Virus record (IMG/VR): IMGVR_UViG_3300033388_005265
Span: 1 to 64,000 of that record
Direction: 5' to 3' (one strand)
Source of the DNA: a virus
Length of the DNA: 64,000 nt
Position numbers and translations under genes: made by a program. The notes under the pieces were generated by a model. That model was not told the DNA's origin, did no database searches, and saw nothing but the letters and a program-made list of their open reading frames with translations. Numbering within the stretch: the first letter of the stretch is position 1; each line of letters opens with the position of its first letter. Below are positions 45,939 through 55,122 of the stretch, one piece after another.

Positions 45939-47450
45939 CTATTTCTTCAGCTTACTTTTTCTTTCTACGATGTCAGCCTTGAGAGACCTGTGATGATTCC
46001 ATACTTCTTTCCATACGGTAAACTCATCAGTAAATTCTCCTGCATCTCTCTTCTTCATAAGAGTAGCTGACACTTTTAGAAATCTATCAAGAGTCTTATA
46101 TTTTATTGCCTTTTCATATTCAGCGTCTATAATATTAACAATCTCTTCCACCTGCTTTCTTTCTTTTGTCGTGTGGAATAGAGATCTTTCTACACCTATA
46201 AAAGCAAACACTTCGTCGAGACTCTTAAACTCTTTTTCTATAAGCCTACTAACAACTTTACTGGCATGCTTTTGAGTAAGACCTATTGTATCACAAAGGA
46301 CTTTAGAATGGAAGCACTTATTTATATCAATCCCATTCATCTTAAGTCTTGGAGCATACTTTCTTTTAAGTGAAGCATACTTAGACCATGTAAGTCTACT
46401 CTTTCTGGCTCTTGTAACCCCACTTTCACCGGTGTTAAAATCTCCAGCAAACAGCTCAGATCCAACCCTCATAATATCCTTATAGATACCAAGAACGTTA
46501 GCATCTCTAGCATCTCTAGAGTATGATAGTGCCCAGTCCTTTTCCATCTTAGACAGATAAGCATAGCTTTCATTCTTAGCATGCTTAATAGTACTGCCGT
46601 CAATGTCTTCTTCTTCCCAGCCTAACAAACTGTTACATTCTGCTGTAAACTGTACTTCTACACCATAGTCAGCATCTATCTCTTTCAGATGACCTGATAT
46701 ACAGTCTCTTATAGCCTCTTCAGCAGGATGCTCTGTTGAAATGAATGTACCTATGTCTATGAATGAATTAGCTATTGTTGTCGACATGATAGATCCATTG
46801 TCATGCATAGCTACTACAGTCTCTGTAAAATAATCAGACCAGTTTTCATACCAGTCATACTGAACAAAGTCATGATAGGCGCCAGCATTCTGATCAAATA
46901 TATGCCTTGTATGTACATAATTACTAAGCAATATACTTGCATTCGATCTTAGCATCATCAGGAGCATGTTAATCTTGCCTGATTCAGGATGATCTTCAGG
47001 AAATTCATCGTAGAATACCTGGTTGCTGTTACCGCAATGGATGAACTTTGGTCTTGGAGTTGACGGAATCTCATGTGGTTCTATGTTCTTCTCATAGTCT
47101 TCCACAGATATTGCAGTCATTATACCTGACTCATACATGTCTTCTGGATCAGGGTTCATACATACACCTTTAGCTTCAAGAAAAGCTTCGGCTCCTTCAG
47201 CATCCATATCTCTGAAGTCATGTATAACCTGATACATATTGTCTTCCATTCTCATGATGGTGCCATCTGCAAAGCTAAGCAGCTCATGATATATGGTTCT
47301 GTCTATAGCACGAAGAGAAGACTGATGATTCATCGTAGCATTACCGATCATAGAATGACCTTTATCTTCAGGTGTTGCACCCTCTTGTGTCTCTACAGTA
47401 AAGATTGCTGCATTAGGATTGGTGCCTGCAAAAATAGTATCTGGTGTCAT
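45939..47450 (-). CDS. large hypothetical protein with ComEA-like HhH segment
   Basis: IDINK...TIGLTQKHASKVV...FKSLDEV. Confidence 0.5.
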   Translation of the reverse strand: MTPDTIFAGTNPNAAIFTVETQEGATPEDKGHSMIGNATMNHQSSLRAIDRTIYHELLSFADGTIMRMEDNMYQVIHDFRDMDAEGAEAFLEAKGVCMNPDPEDMYESGIMTAISVEDYEKNIEPHEIPSTPRPKFIHCGNSNQVFYDEFPEDHPESGKINMLLMMLRSNASILLSNYVHTRHIFDQNAGAYHDFVQYDWYENWSDYFTETVVAMHDNGSIMSTTIANSFIDIGTFISTEHPAEEAIRDCISGHLKEIDADYGVEVQFTAECNSLLGWEEEDIDGSTIKHAKNESYAYLSKMEKDWALSYSRDARDANVLGIYKDIMRVGSELFAGDFNTGESGVTRARKSRLTWSKYASLKRKYAPRLKMNGIDINKCFHSKVLCDTIGLTQKHASKVVSRLIEKEFKSLDEVFAFIGVERSLFHTTKERKQVEEIVNIIDAEYEKAIKYKTLDRFLKVSATLMKKRDAGEFTDEFTVWKEVWNHHRSLKADIVERKSKLKK

Positions 47451-47488
47451 TCTTTTCTCCTGTATATTATATTTTTAAGAGAGAAAAA

Positions 47489-47866
47489 TTAAATCTTTAA
47501 GTGTATCCCAAGTTTGTTAGCTGATGTAACTTTTGTTGTTACTTTACGTGATTTAGATTTAATATCAGACTTTGCAGAAGCGTCCTTTGCTAGTGGCTTT
47601 CTATCTTTATGCACACACAACTCAATCATCAGGCACTCATCTTTTATGCATTTAGCGCCGGGATTTGTTCCCAATCCACACCTAAGAACATCTGCATCTT
47701 TATCCAGTGTTTCTAAGGCTTCAGTACCAAACCAAGCAGTCACAAGCGTAATCATATCACTGTCATCAAAGACATCAGGATTATCTTTTACTATAGATAA
47801 TGCCTCTTTGTAATTATGCTCACTCTTAGACTGCTGTTTCTTTTTCTTACGCTGCAAGTCCAGCAA
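47489..47866 (-). CDS. hypothetical protein
   Basis: Operon-packed. Confidence 0.5.
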   Translation of the reverse strand: MLDLQRKKKKQQSKSEHNYKEALSIVKDNPDVFDDSDMITLVTAWFGTEALETLDKDADVLRCGLGTNPGAKCIKDECLMIELCVHKDRKPLAKDASAKSDIKSKSRKVTTKVTSANKLGIHLKI

Positions 47867-48200
47867 TTGTTACCTCTACTTCTTCTTTTGTGATAGCAGT
47901 TTCATAACCTTTGCCGGCTTCAATCATCATCTCTTTGACAAAGCCAAGTTTCTTTTCACCAACAATCTTATTGAATGTTCTTGCTGCTGCTCCTGCACCA
48001 TAACCTATACTGTATGCTACTGTAAGAAGTGATGCCTGGACTGCAACCTTGGCTGATGCCACTAAATTCTTAGTTGCTTCTTCAGTTATTTCAGCCTTCT
48101 TCATCTTGTTGTTCTCCTTTAATGAATGTTCTAGCGAACAGCTCCATGATTTGCATGGTAACTTTAGCCATTTTTTCTCCATCAATTTTACCATCCTCAC
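47847..48200 (-). CDS. hypothetical protein (start probably MKKAEI)
   Basis: AAGGAG RBS before the internal ATG. Confidence 0.5.
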   Translation of the reverse strand: MRMVKLMEKKWLKLPCKSWSCSLEHSLKENNKMKKAEITEEATKNLVASAKVAVQASLLTVAYSIGYGAGAAARTFNKIVGEKKLGFVKEMMIEAGKGYETAITKEEVEVTIAGLAA

Positions 48201-48717
48201 CTTGATACTGGTTCATAATTGAATCATTATACTTCATTGTCTCTTTAGCAAGAGCAGTCTTTTCTTTGACACACTTAGTAGTGTAATGAAACGGAGCAAA
48301 AAACATTTTGATATAGAACGCAATTTTACCACCGTTATTAGCTCGTATTCTTAATGTAATATTCTTTTGTATCTTCTTATTACGTGCTACTCCTATGATT
48401 GCATCCTGCATCATAAACTGTGGAGCCCTCATATAAGGAATCTTTTTCTTTTGGATGTTCTCAAAGTAAATCCTTTGCATCTCGTTATAAACGAGACCTG
48501 AATATGGAATTCCCCAAGGAGCTGAGATTAAAATGCCTATGTTTCTGAGCGTTCCAATCATAGCATCTATAACAGACTTAACCGTACGCCATGCATGCTC
48601 AATCATAAACTTTAGAACACTAGGCTCATGCTCTTCGTATCCTGGTGCATCAGGGCATTCGTTATTGTCACATGTCTTACATTGTTCATCTGGACAGCCT
48701 TCTTTCTTGTCACTCAT
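48091..48717 (-). CDS. hypothetical protein
   Basis: AAGGAG RBS. Confidence 0.55.
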   Translation of the reverse strand: MSDKKEGCPDEQCKTCDNNECPDAPGYEEHEPSVLKFMIEHAWRTVKSVIDAMIGTLRNIGILISAPWGIPYSGLVYNEMQRIYFENIQKKKIPYMRAPQFMMQDAIIGVARNKKIQKNITLRIRANNGGKIAFYIKMFFAPFHYTTKCVKEKTALAKETMKYNDSIMNQYQGEDGKIDGEKMAKVTMQIMELFARTFIKGEQQDEEG

Positions 48718-49063
48718 GTAATACTCCTTTATTATATGGAATTTTTATTGAAACTATGCTTACCATGTTATTAAACAAACGTTCACATAAGATAAAACAT
48801 ATGGGTGTCGTAAGTATTTCATAGTAATCATAATTTTTATCAGGAGAAATATTAAGGTTGAATAGACATCTGAGAATAAATGTCATGTCTGCTTCGTGAG
48901 GATTAAACATCCCGCTGACCTGAAGACTTGAATGATACAAGTCATCTAGATCAACGGGCGCCATAGCTTCTTTTCCATTTGGAAGAAGGTAAAACAGCTT
49001 AGGAAAATTTTTTTTCAATTCGCTGTATATTAGATCGAAATTCTGTATTCTATCGAGTTGCAA
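48710..49063 (-). CDS. hypothetical protein
   Basis: Operon-packed. Confidence 0.5.
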   Translation of the reverse strand: MQLDRIQNFDLIYSELKKNFPKLFYLLPNGKEAMAPVDLDDLYHSSLQVSGMFNPHEADMTFILRCLFNLNISPDKNYDYYEILTTPICFILCERLFNNMVSIVSIKIPYNKGVLHE

Positions 49064-49312
49064 TTACCTGAAGCCACCGCTATTATGTATTAGACGAGCT
49101 AATCCAAGAATAGCAAATCCTGCTCCACCAAAACCAGCTACTGCTGTATCATAACTGATACCTATGCCTATAAGAAGTCCTCCTGCTGCAAAACTACCTA
49201 CAGCCGCAATATCAACCACTGTTTTTGCATCTATCTTAGCGATAGACTCTTCAACAGCAGATCCTATCTTCTTTTTAATCTGTGTTATTATACCTTCTTT
49301 TCCTTCAGACAT
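49064..49312 (-). CDS. small membrane protein
   Basis: Two Gly-rich hydrophobic segments; AAGGAG RBS. Confidence 0.6.
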   Translation of the reverse strand: MSEGKEGIITQIKKKIGSAVEESIAKIDAKTVVDIAAVGSFAAGGLLIGIGISYDTAVAGFGGAGFAILGLARLIHNSGGFR

Positions 49313-49481
49313 CTGTTTGCTCCTTAATTAGTTGTTTATCTTCTTGTCTTCTTTTCTTCTTCTTTACAGACTTTTTATCCCTGTCTAGGAGACCTCCCTT
49401 CATAGTAAACAAAGAGCCGTCTGCTACACATGGATTACGTGCTGTTATTTTTTTCTTCTTCTTTTTCTGTCTCTTTTTCAT
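49305..49481 (-). CDS. 58-aa very basic protein (below ORF-track cutoff)
   Basis: MKKRQKKKKKKITARNPCVADG...KKKKRRQEDKQLIKEQTDV; overlaps both neighbours. Confidence 0.5.
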   Translation of the reverse strand: MKKRQKKKKKKITARNPCVADGSLFTMKGGLLDRDKKSVKKKKRRQEDKQLIKEQTDV

Positions 49482-49482
49482 C

Positions 49483-49869
49483 TCATCTATGTAATTTCAT
49501 TCCTCTATGTGTTATGTCACCTGATACAGTTCTAATTGCGCCGCCTACTTGTCCACAAATAACATCTCCAGATACTGTCTTAACGTCACCATATACCTTA
49601 CCACACTCTATATCTCCTGACGTAGTATGTACACTTTTTACGTTTCCTTTTATGTTAACTGTATTGCAACAATCTACATCAAGGGTATCTACATCACCCT
49701 CAATAGATATGTTAATATTCTTTGAATCTGGAGTAACATCTTTGCCATTAATAGTAACCTTACCATTGCATATCTGTATGCTACTGCCTGCAACAAGGTC
49801 TCCACTAATTTTTACTCCATTTATGCTTATTCTATTCATAATCTTATTTAAGAATTTTCTTATTCTCAT
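49483..49869 (-). CDS. beta-repeat (DUF4097-like) protein
   Basis: Repeated [TV]SGD[IV] units. Confidence 0.65.
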   Translation of the reverse strand: MRIRKFLNKIMNRISINGVKISGDLVAGSSIQICNGKVTINGKDVTPDSKNINISIEGDVDTLDVDCCNTVNIKGNVKSVHTTSGDIECGKVYGDVKTVSGDVICGQVGGAIRTVSGDITHRGMKLHR

Positions 49870-49942
49870 GATATTAATAGCGTCCAGGGGCCAGAATTCA
49901 CTGACCCCCAGACTTGGGGTTGGGCGCTAGTCGCGCGTTGGG

Positions 49943-51169
49943 TTACTTGGTTGACAAGTCGAGTGACAGATCTTTCATGGCCTTTACGGTCAGAGTCTCC
50001 ATCATCGTCTGTGCTGCACTGTATTGTGCTGTTCCGCCTGTTCCACCACCGCCACCGTAGACGATTTGTGGAACCCAGTTACCTTTGTAGTCCCTGATTG
50101 CTTCGGCGTTGATCCTGGCAATTTCCTTCATGGTGTCCATTTTCATCTTCAGAGCACCGTCAGCCTTCATGATCAGCTTACGCTTTTCAGCTATACCTTG
50201 ACCAAGAAGAATGTCTTTGTCTTTGGTAAACCTTGCTGCTTCTTTATCAAGCTTTGCAACTTTCTTGTTCTTTTCAGCAAGAGCAATATCCGTTGCATTC
50301 AACGTTTCCTGTGCCCATTTTGCAGTGGCAGCATTTGCTTTACCTTCTTCAACGGCCTTGATTGCATTCTGCTCAGCTTCTTTAGCCTTTGCAATAGCAG
50401 TCTGAATATCCATGAAGATCTTACGCTGAGCTTCGATCTGACGCTCTACGTTTTTGTCGTACTTGATCTTTTTAACCTGAAGGTTGAAGATCTTAATACC
50501 AAACCTTTCAAGAGGACTTTCTTCAAGTCTAGCTCTCTGGTTAATGGCCTTTACGTCTATAAGAATCGTAGCTACTGTTACTGTTCTTTTTTCGCCGGAA
50601 AGAGGATCTATAATCTCTTCGTCACTTGTCTCTATCTTGTATACGCCGTTGTTTGTCTGGTCTGTAATATATTCTACAAGAACAGGACGCTTTTTCGCTG
50701 TAGATTCTTTTGAACTCATAGTAGGACCAGTCATATAAACTGCCCTTTGAATCGCCGGACGAATTAGTTGTGCCTCAAGCTGCTCCATTGTAGGAAACTC
50801 TGTACGTAAGAGCTTAAGTTCCTTTTCATTTGTAGACAGAGTATATGATGCATCTCCGAATATTACCGCAGCACCCTGGTCGTTAAACCTGATTGGCATA
50901 CCGTAAATCTTCGCATTTGGATCGTCCATTGCCATGCCTTTAGGCGCATTGAACTCAACAAAATCCCTTTTCTTATACGTGGCTATTTGGTCAAACCACC
51001 TTTGCTTGATACCGGCTGTTTGATGTACGGTAAGATCACCACTGATAACGCCCTGGAAAACCTTTACCTCATTTGAGTCGACATTTTCAACTGCCTGGTC
51101 CCAACCTATTCCGATTGCGGCAGCGAGTGCTACGCCAACTACTGCTGACAAAATCTGTTTAGTTGTCAT
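49943..51169 (-). CDS. SPFH/band-7 (flotillin-like) membrane protein
   Basis: N-terminal TM helix, SPFH-like core, long AE/AK-rich coiled coil, PQIVYGGGGG. Confidence 0.8.
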   Translation of the reverse strand: MTTKQILSAVVGVALAAAIGIGWDQAVENVDSNEVKVFQGVISGDLTVHQTAGIKQRWFDQIATYKKRDFVEFNAPKGMAMDDPNAKIYGMPIRFNDQGAAVIFGDASYTLSTNEKELKLLRTEFPTMEQLEAQLIRPAIQRAVYMTGPTMSSKESTAKKRPVLVEYITDQTNNGVYKIETSDEEIIDPLSGEKRTVTVATILIDVKAINQRARLEESPLERFGIKIFNLQVKKIKYDKNVERQIEAQRKIFMDIQTAIAKAKEAEQNAIKAVEEGKANAATAKWAQETLNATDIALAEKNKKVAKLDKEAARFTKDKDILLGQGIAEKRKLIMKADGALKMKMDTMKEIARINAEAIRDYKGNWVPQIVYGGGGGTGGTAQYSAAQTMMETLTVKAMKDLSLDLSTK

Positions 51170-51489
51170 TATTTATCCATCTCCTTTTCTTCATTAATTT
51201 TACTTACCTGTTTTATGATCTTCTTGCCCTGCTTTATTGTACTGGACGCAGTCTCTGCGAACTTTAAAGCCTTTTCTTCTGCCACTCCTATGTCACCAAC
51301 CGCTTCCTCCATTTGCGTGATTGATTCATTAAGGTTTTCTTTTGCATCACTAAATTTTTGTATTTGATCGGCATCTTTTTTGTCAAGCTTAGCAGGTTCA
51401 GCCTGAGAAAATGCCGGAATCAACACCTTTTTTACTACAAGTATGACAATTCCCATACTCACTATAAACATTATCAATTTTATTATCAA
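51169..51489 (-). CDS. membrane-anchored coiled-coil protein coupled to SPFH
   Basis: N-terminal TM; TAATG overlap; TTG start after GGAGG. Confidence 0.6.
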   Translation of the reverse strand: MIIKLIMFIVSMGIVILVVKKVLIPAFSQAEPAKLDKKDADQIQKFSDAKENLNESITQMEEAVGDIGVAEEKALKFAETASSTIKQGKKIIKQVSKINEEKEMDK

Positions 51490-51528
51490 CGTTAACCTCC
51501 TGAAAAATTTTTATGAATTTATGGTATA

Positions 51529-51675
51529 TTAGGACTCTTCTTTAGTAAGCCCAAGCTTCTTCAACTGCAATCTTTTTTCTAACTCTGTTCTATAATGCCA
51601 GATAAAGGTATCATACCCACTGTAGAACAGTAATGAATCTGCTATTACGCAAATACTTAAAAAAAACCAAAACAT
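51529..51675 (-). CDS. 48-aa membrane peptide (below ORF-track cutoff)
   Basis: MFWFFLSICVIADSLLFYSGYDTFIWHYRTELEKRLQ...; AAGGAG RBS. Confidence 0.55.
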   Translation of the reverse strand: MFWFFLSICVIADSLLFYSGYDTFIWHYRTELEKRLQLKKLGLTKEES

Positions 51676-51772
51676 GTTTTTCTCCTTTCTATAATTTCAA
51701 AAAGTGATTAAAAATAATATTTAAAGATATGCGTATTATACACATAGCTTAATATTTTGTAAAGAGTTGAAT

Positions 51773-51859
51773 TGGCGGAGAGGGTAGGATTTGAACCTAC
51801 GCAGGTGTTACCCAGACTCCCATTAGCAGTGGGGCGCCTTACCGCTCGGCCACCTCTCC
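51773..51859 (-). tRNA. tRNA-Ser(GCU)
   Basis: GGAGAGG acceptor, CT-GCT-AA loop, long variable arm, GTTCAAAT T-loop, encoded CCA. Confidence 0.92.
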
Positions 51860-51876
51860 TAAAGATATGAAAAAAA

Positions 51877-52090
51877 TCTGTTGTTGGCGGAATAACAATA
51901 TTGACCACTTAGCGTTTAAAATCTCATGCTTGCATACCATATGAATCATGTTATGCGATAAAATTTCAACTGTGTTATTCCTTTACCGATGTTACACTAT
52001 ATCGTTCTTAAAAAGCGCCGATAATGTAACAGTTTGTCGTCTCGCTTATTCCCATTAGCTCAGGTCGGGTAATTGGAAACCAACAACAAA
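51877..52090 (-). ncRNA. candidate ~210-nt structured RNA (four-way junction)
   Basis: Terminal helix TGTTGTTGG/CCAACAACA plus three internal hairpins; no real ORF. Confidence 0.45.
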
Positions 52091-52100
52091 ATTGTATTTA

Positions 52101-52192
52101 TGGTGGAGAGAGGAGGACTCGAACCTCCACAGGCTTATTGGCAATGCGGCGGATTTACAGTCCGTTGAGCTCAACCAGTGCTCAGCCTCTCC
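52101..52192 (-). tRNA. tRNA-Tyr(GUA)
   Basis: GGAGAGG acceptor, CT-GTA-AA loop, long variable arm, GTTCGAGT T-loop, encoded CCA. Confidence 0.9.
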
Positions 52193-52198
52193 ATATGA

Positions 52199-52411
52199 TT
52201 ATACGTACATTTCTACGGATGCTTCACATGATGGACATCCTATATGATCCTCAGTAACAATAACTTCATCAGCTTCAAGATCATCATTACATGAATTACA
52301 ATGAAAATGAAAATGTTCTATTGCTTCATGTATTTCTGTTTCATCTTCGCTAAGACATCTAAGCTCGCAAACCTTTTCAAGTATATCATCTGGTACAGTA
52401 ATAAGTGCCAT
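52199..52411 (-). CDS. small zinc-ribbon protein
   Basis: CNSC...CPSC. Confidence 0.55.
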   Translation of the reverse strand: MALITVPDDILEKVCELRCLSEDETEIHEAIEHFHFHCNSCNDDLEADEVIVTEDHIGCPSCEASVEMYV

Positions 52412-52412
52412 T

Positions 52413-53444
52413 TTACGCCTTTATATTAATTAATGGTTTAACATGGTGCATTACATGCACAAGATCACTCTGAGCTTCCATAACCTTAAATGGATCTTTA
52501 TATGCAAGCTTTGATTCATCAAGAGTTCCTTTTTCTACTTTAGCTACAATATCGCTTCTTTTCATTCTATTTCTAAAGGCAGACATACTTAGTCTTTCTC
52601 TTATGACTGCACCGGTAATCTCGTCTCTTTTGCCTTCTTTGGCTTCTCTTCTGCCCATTAATCTTCCAGCTCCATGAGAGCTTGAGCATAGGCTATCAGG
52701 ATTACCTTTTCCTCTGACTATGAATGATCCATCTTCCATATTGCCTGGGATAACTCCCAACATGCCAACTTCAGCATGAGTAGCTCCTTTTCTATGAATC
52801 CATTCGCCATCTTTTAGATCTGCATGGTTATGATTACTATTTATAATTAATTTATCGTTTTTACGTATGAGCCAAGTTGCAAGCTTAACAGATAATGCTT
52901 TAGGTAATATCTTGCCAATAACACCTATAACTCTAGCAGCCATTTGTCTTCTGTTTTCAAGAGCAAATTCAAGACAGAAGTTAAGGTCAGTTATATAGTC
53001 CTTACCATCTTGAGAATTTACATCTAATGCATAGTGACCTTCTCTAGCCTTTCCTACACCAGATGCTGCTTTCATGTAGTGAGTAGCTGAAGAATGACCT
53101 ACATTTCTGCTTCCTGAATGGATAATAATCCATACATCGTCATTCTCGTCATAACCTATTTCTATAAAATGGTTCCCACCACCAAGCGTACACAGCTGTC
53201 TAAATCCACCTTTGTCATTAAACATTTCAACCATAAATGGAGTCGCAGCAGTATCCTTATATGCAGGCCATTTAGACTTCTTATCATTCTTATTGAATCC
53301 AGTAGGAATAGCTTCATATATAGCATCAAAGATTTCCTTCCTATAAGACAGGATATCTTCCTTTGCATCTTTTCTTCTTCTTATATCATCTTTGTGGTCA
53401 TCTGCTGATCCGAATGAACCTCCAAATCCTATATCCCATTCCAT
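52413..53444 (-). CDS. rtcB: RtcB RNA ligase, N-terminally shortened
   Basis: TLGGGNHFIE, IHSGSR, NHNH, HRKGAT, IPGNM, SSSHGAGR; PDxH motif absent, DIGCG appears as DIGFG. Confidence 0.85.
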   Translation of the reverse strand: MEWDIGFGGSFGSADDHKDDIRRRKDAKEDILSYRKEIFDAIYEAIPTGFNKNDKKSKWPAYKDTAATPFMVEMFNDKGGFRQLCTLGGGNHFIEIGYDENDDVWIIIHSGSRNVGHSSATHYMKAASGVGKAREGHYALDVNSQDGKDYITDLNFCLEFALENRRQMAARVIGVIGKILPKALSVKLATWLIRKNDKLIINSNHNHADLKDGEWIHRKGATHAEVGMLGVIPGNMEDGSFIVRGKGNPDSLCSSSHGAGRLMGRREAKEGKRDEITGAVIRERLSMSAFRNRMKRSDIVAKVEKGTLDESKLAYKDPFKVMEAQSDLVHVMHHVKPLINIKA

Positions 53445-53650
53445 TATCCATTGTCCTTTCCTTTACAGTGATCGCCTTTATTATAGCATGGTCCAGCTAA
53501 TGTATTGTGAGCTTCAGTACCACAGAGAACACACATAAACCGATCAGTATGATAGTGTGCATCATCAACCCTATCTGTTGGGATTAAGACGTAACCGGTC
53601 TTAATACATTTCATTTCTCTATTACATTTTAAACAATATGGAACAGACAT
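53444..53650 (-). CDS. small Cys-rich protein
   Basis: CLKC...CVLC. Confidence 0.5.
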   Translation of the reverse strand: MSVPYCLKCNREMKCIKTGYVLIPTDRVDDAHYHTDRFMCVLCGTEAHNTLAGPCYNKGDHCKGKDNG

Positions 53651-54169
53651 TTAATATTCTCCAAAATGCAGCATATTATGACATATGCCACACATTAAGT
53701 TGCATTTTTCAACTTCTTCAAGTACTTCTACTCTAGTGTTATTCATCATTCCAGCAGTTATGTCAAATTTCTTTTCTTTTGGATCTCTATGATGAAAATC
53801 AAATCCAGCTGCATTTTTACCGTTATATTCAAGACTACATTCTATGCATTTGCTCCCTTTTAATTTGATAAGCTCTATTTTAAACTGTCTGTTTAGTTTA
53901 CGTTTTTCAGCATACTTTTCTTTACTTTCCTTTTTAACTCTTTCTTGGTTTTTTTCATACCAAGCTTTGCTTCGATTGTATCCAACTGGATATTTACGAG
54001 AACTATGTCCATTAATATATTCTTTTTGTCTTCCCCAGTTATCTATGCTTTTTGTCTTTTTTCCACAGCCACATTTACACTCAATTAATGGAGCATCTTT
54101 ATGCATCTGCTTAAATCTTCTTTTTTCGTTTTCGCTAGGTCTCTTATCGTTTCGCTTTTCTTCTAACAT
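53651..54169 (-). CDS. HNH endonuclease
   Basis: CKCGCG; CIEC...DFHHRDP...CNLMCGICH. Confidence 0.8.
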   Translation of the reverse strand: MLEEKRNDKRPSENEKRRFKQMHKDAPLIECKCGCGKKTKSIDNWGRQKEYINGHSSRKYPVGYNRSKAWYEKNQERVKKESKEKYAEKRKLNRQFKIELIKLKGSKCIECSLEYNGKNAAGFDFHHRDPKEKKFDITAGMMNNTRVEVLEEVEKCNLMCGICHNMLHFGEY

Positions 54170-54253
54170 TAGCTTCCTCCTTTAAAGGGTTTAGCTAATA
54201 TTAAACAAATTCAGCAACTTATGTCCTAGTATTTATTTCTTTTACTAAAGATG

Positions 54254-54820
54254 CTATCTTTTTCTTGCGGCATCCTTACTGAGGTAGTTTTTATTGTTAG
54301 GCTTAGCTCTCATAATCTCAATGACTTCATCTACATGATATGGATAGAAGTTATTAGTATCAACACCTACATCAAGAATCTTGCCGATCTTATCATAAGT
54401 AGGCCTAAGGTTTCCATGAGAATGCCCATGGCAATGAAATGAATTAAAATGAGATCTATCCCAATGATACATAGGATAATGGGACAATACTATTAATTCT
54501 CCATCATGCTTTAAGTTGTATATTTCTCTTGTATCTGTAAACACTCCATCTAATTTCTTTAATACATTAGAATAATCATGATTTCCTTTAAGAAGAAATA
54601 TATTGCCATTTAGATAAGTTTTAAACTTACCATATAAAGCTTCATCTCCCCATGCAAAATCTCCAAGATGATATACAATATCTCCTTTTCTGACCTTAGC
54701 ATTCCAATGATCTACCAAGCATTCATCCATTTCTTTAATAGATTTAAAGGGTCTGCCTGCATGTTTAATTATATTCTTATGACTAAAATGCGTATCTGCT
54801 GTTATCCATTTATCTGACAA
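54254..54820 (-). CDS. calcineurin-like phosphoesterase
   Basis: ADTHFSH, HLGDF, KGNHD, HGHSH. Confidence 0.88.
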   Translation of the reverse strand: MSDKWITADTHFSHKNIIKHAGRPFKSIKEMDECLVDHWNAKVRKGDIVYHLGDFAWGDEALYGKFKTYLNGNIFLLKGNHDYSNVLKKLDGVFTDTREIYNLKHDGELIVLSHYPMYHWDRSHFNSFHCHGHSHGNLRPTYDKIGKILDVGVDTNNFYPYHVDEVIEIMRAKPNNKNYLSKDAARKR

Positions 54821-55067
54821 CTCCTATTCTCCTCACAAGCCTAGCTATCTTTATGCTAGGTGTATTCTTTTCTATTTCTTTTACAAGTTTTCCAAGCACA
54901 CTTACTTTTTTCTTGAATGCTCTAAGCTCTTTTACTTCTTTTTCAAGTTTCTTATGTTCTACTGCTAATCTTTCATGTTTACTTTCTAATTCTGGATCTC
55001 TAAGATGTACTATCCAGGACACCCACAAGTTTTCACTATGATATACGTAGCTGGTTTGACCCAGCAA
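54810..55067 (-). CDS. coiled-coil hypothetical protein (start uncertain; overlaps tRNA-like element)
   Basis: Heptad C-terminal half; no clear RBS. Confidence 0.4.
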   Translation of the reverse strand: MLGQTSYVYHSENLWVSWIVHLRDPELESKHERLAVEHKKLEKEVKELRAFKKKVSVLGKLVKEIEKNTPSIKIARLVRRIGVVR

Positions 55068-55111
55068 CCGTACGCTCTAAAGGCGTATGCTCTACATTGA
55101 GCTATACTTTA
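55043..55111 (-). pseudogene. degenerate tRNA-like element with UUA in the anticodon position
   Basis: D arm GCTC/GAGC, anticodon arm TACGC-CTTTAGA-GCGTA, T arm GCTGG-GTCAAA-CCAGC; weak acceptor stem, no CCA. Confidence 0.5.
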
Positions 55112-55122
55112 TCATTTGTGGT

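Noticed and set aside
51708-51908. ORF-track protein over tRNA-Ser, and the many short antisense ORFs inside long genes
   Set aside because: They overlap a tRNA or well-supported genes on the opposite strand and lack RBS or motifs
53444-54254. Group I intron carrying the HNH and splitting rtcB
   Set aside because: No RtcB N-terminal exon upstream of the HNH, and a separate small ORF lies between them
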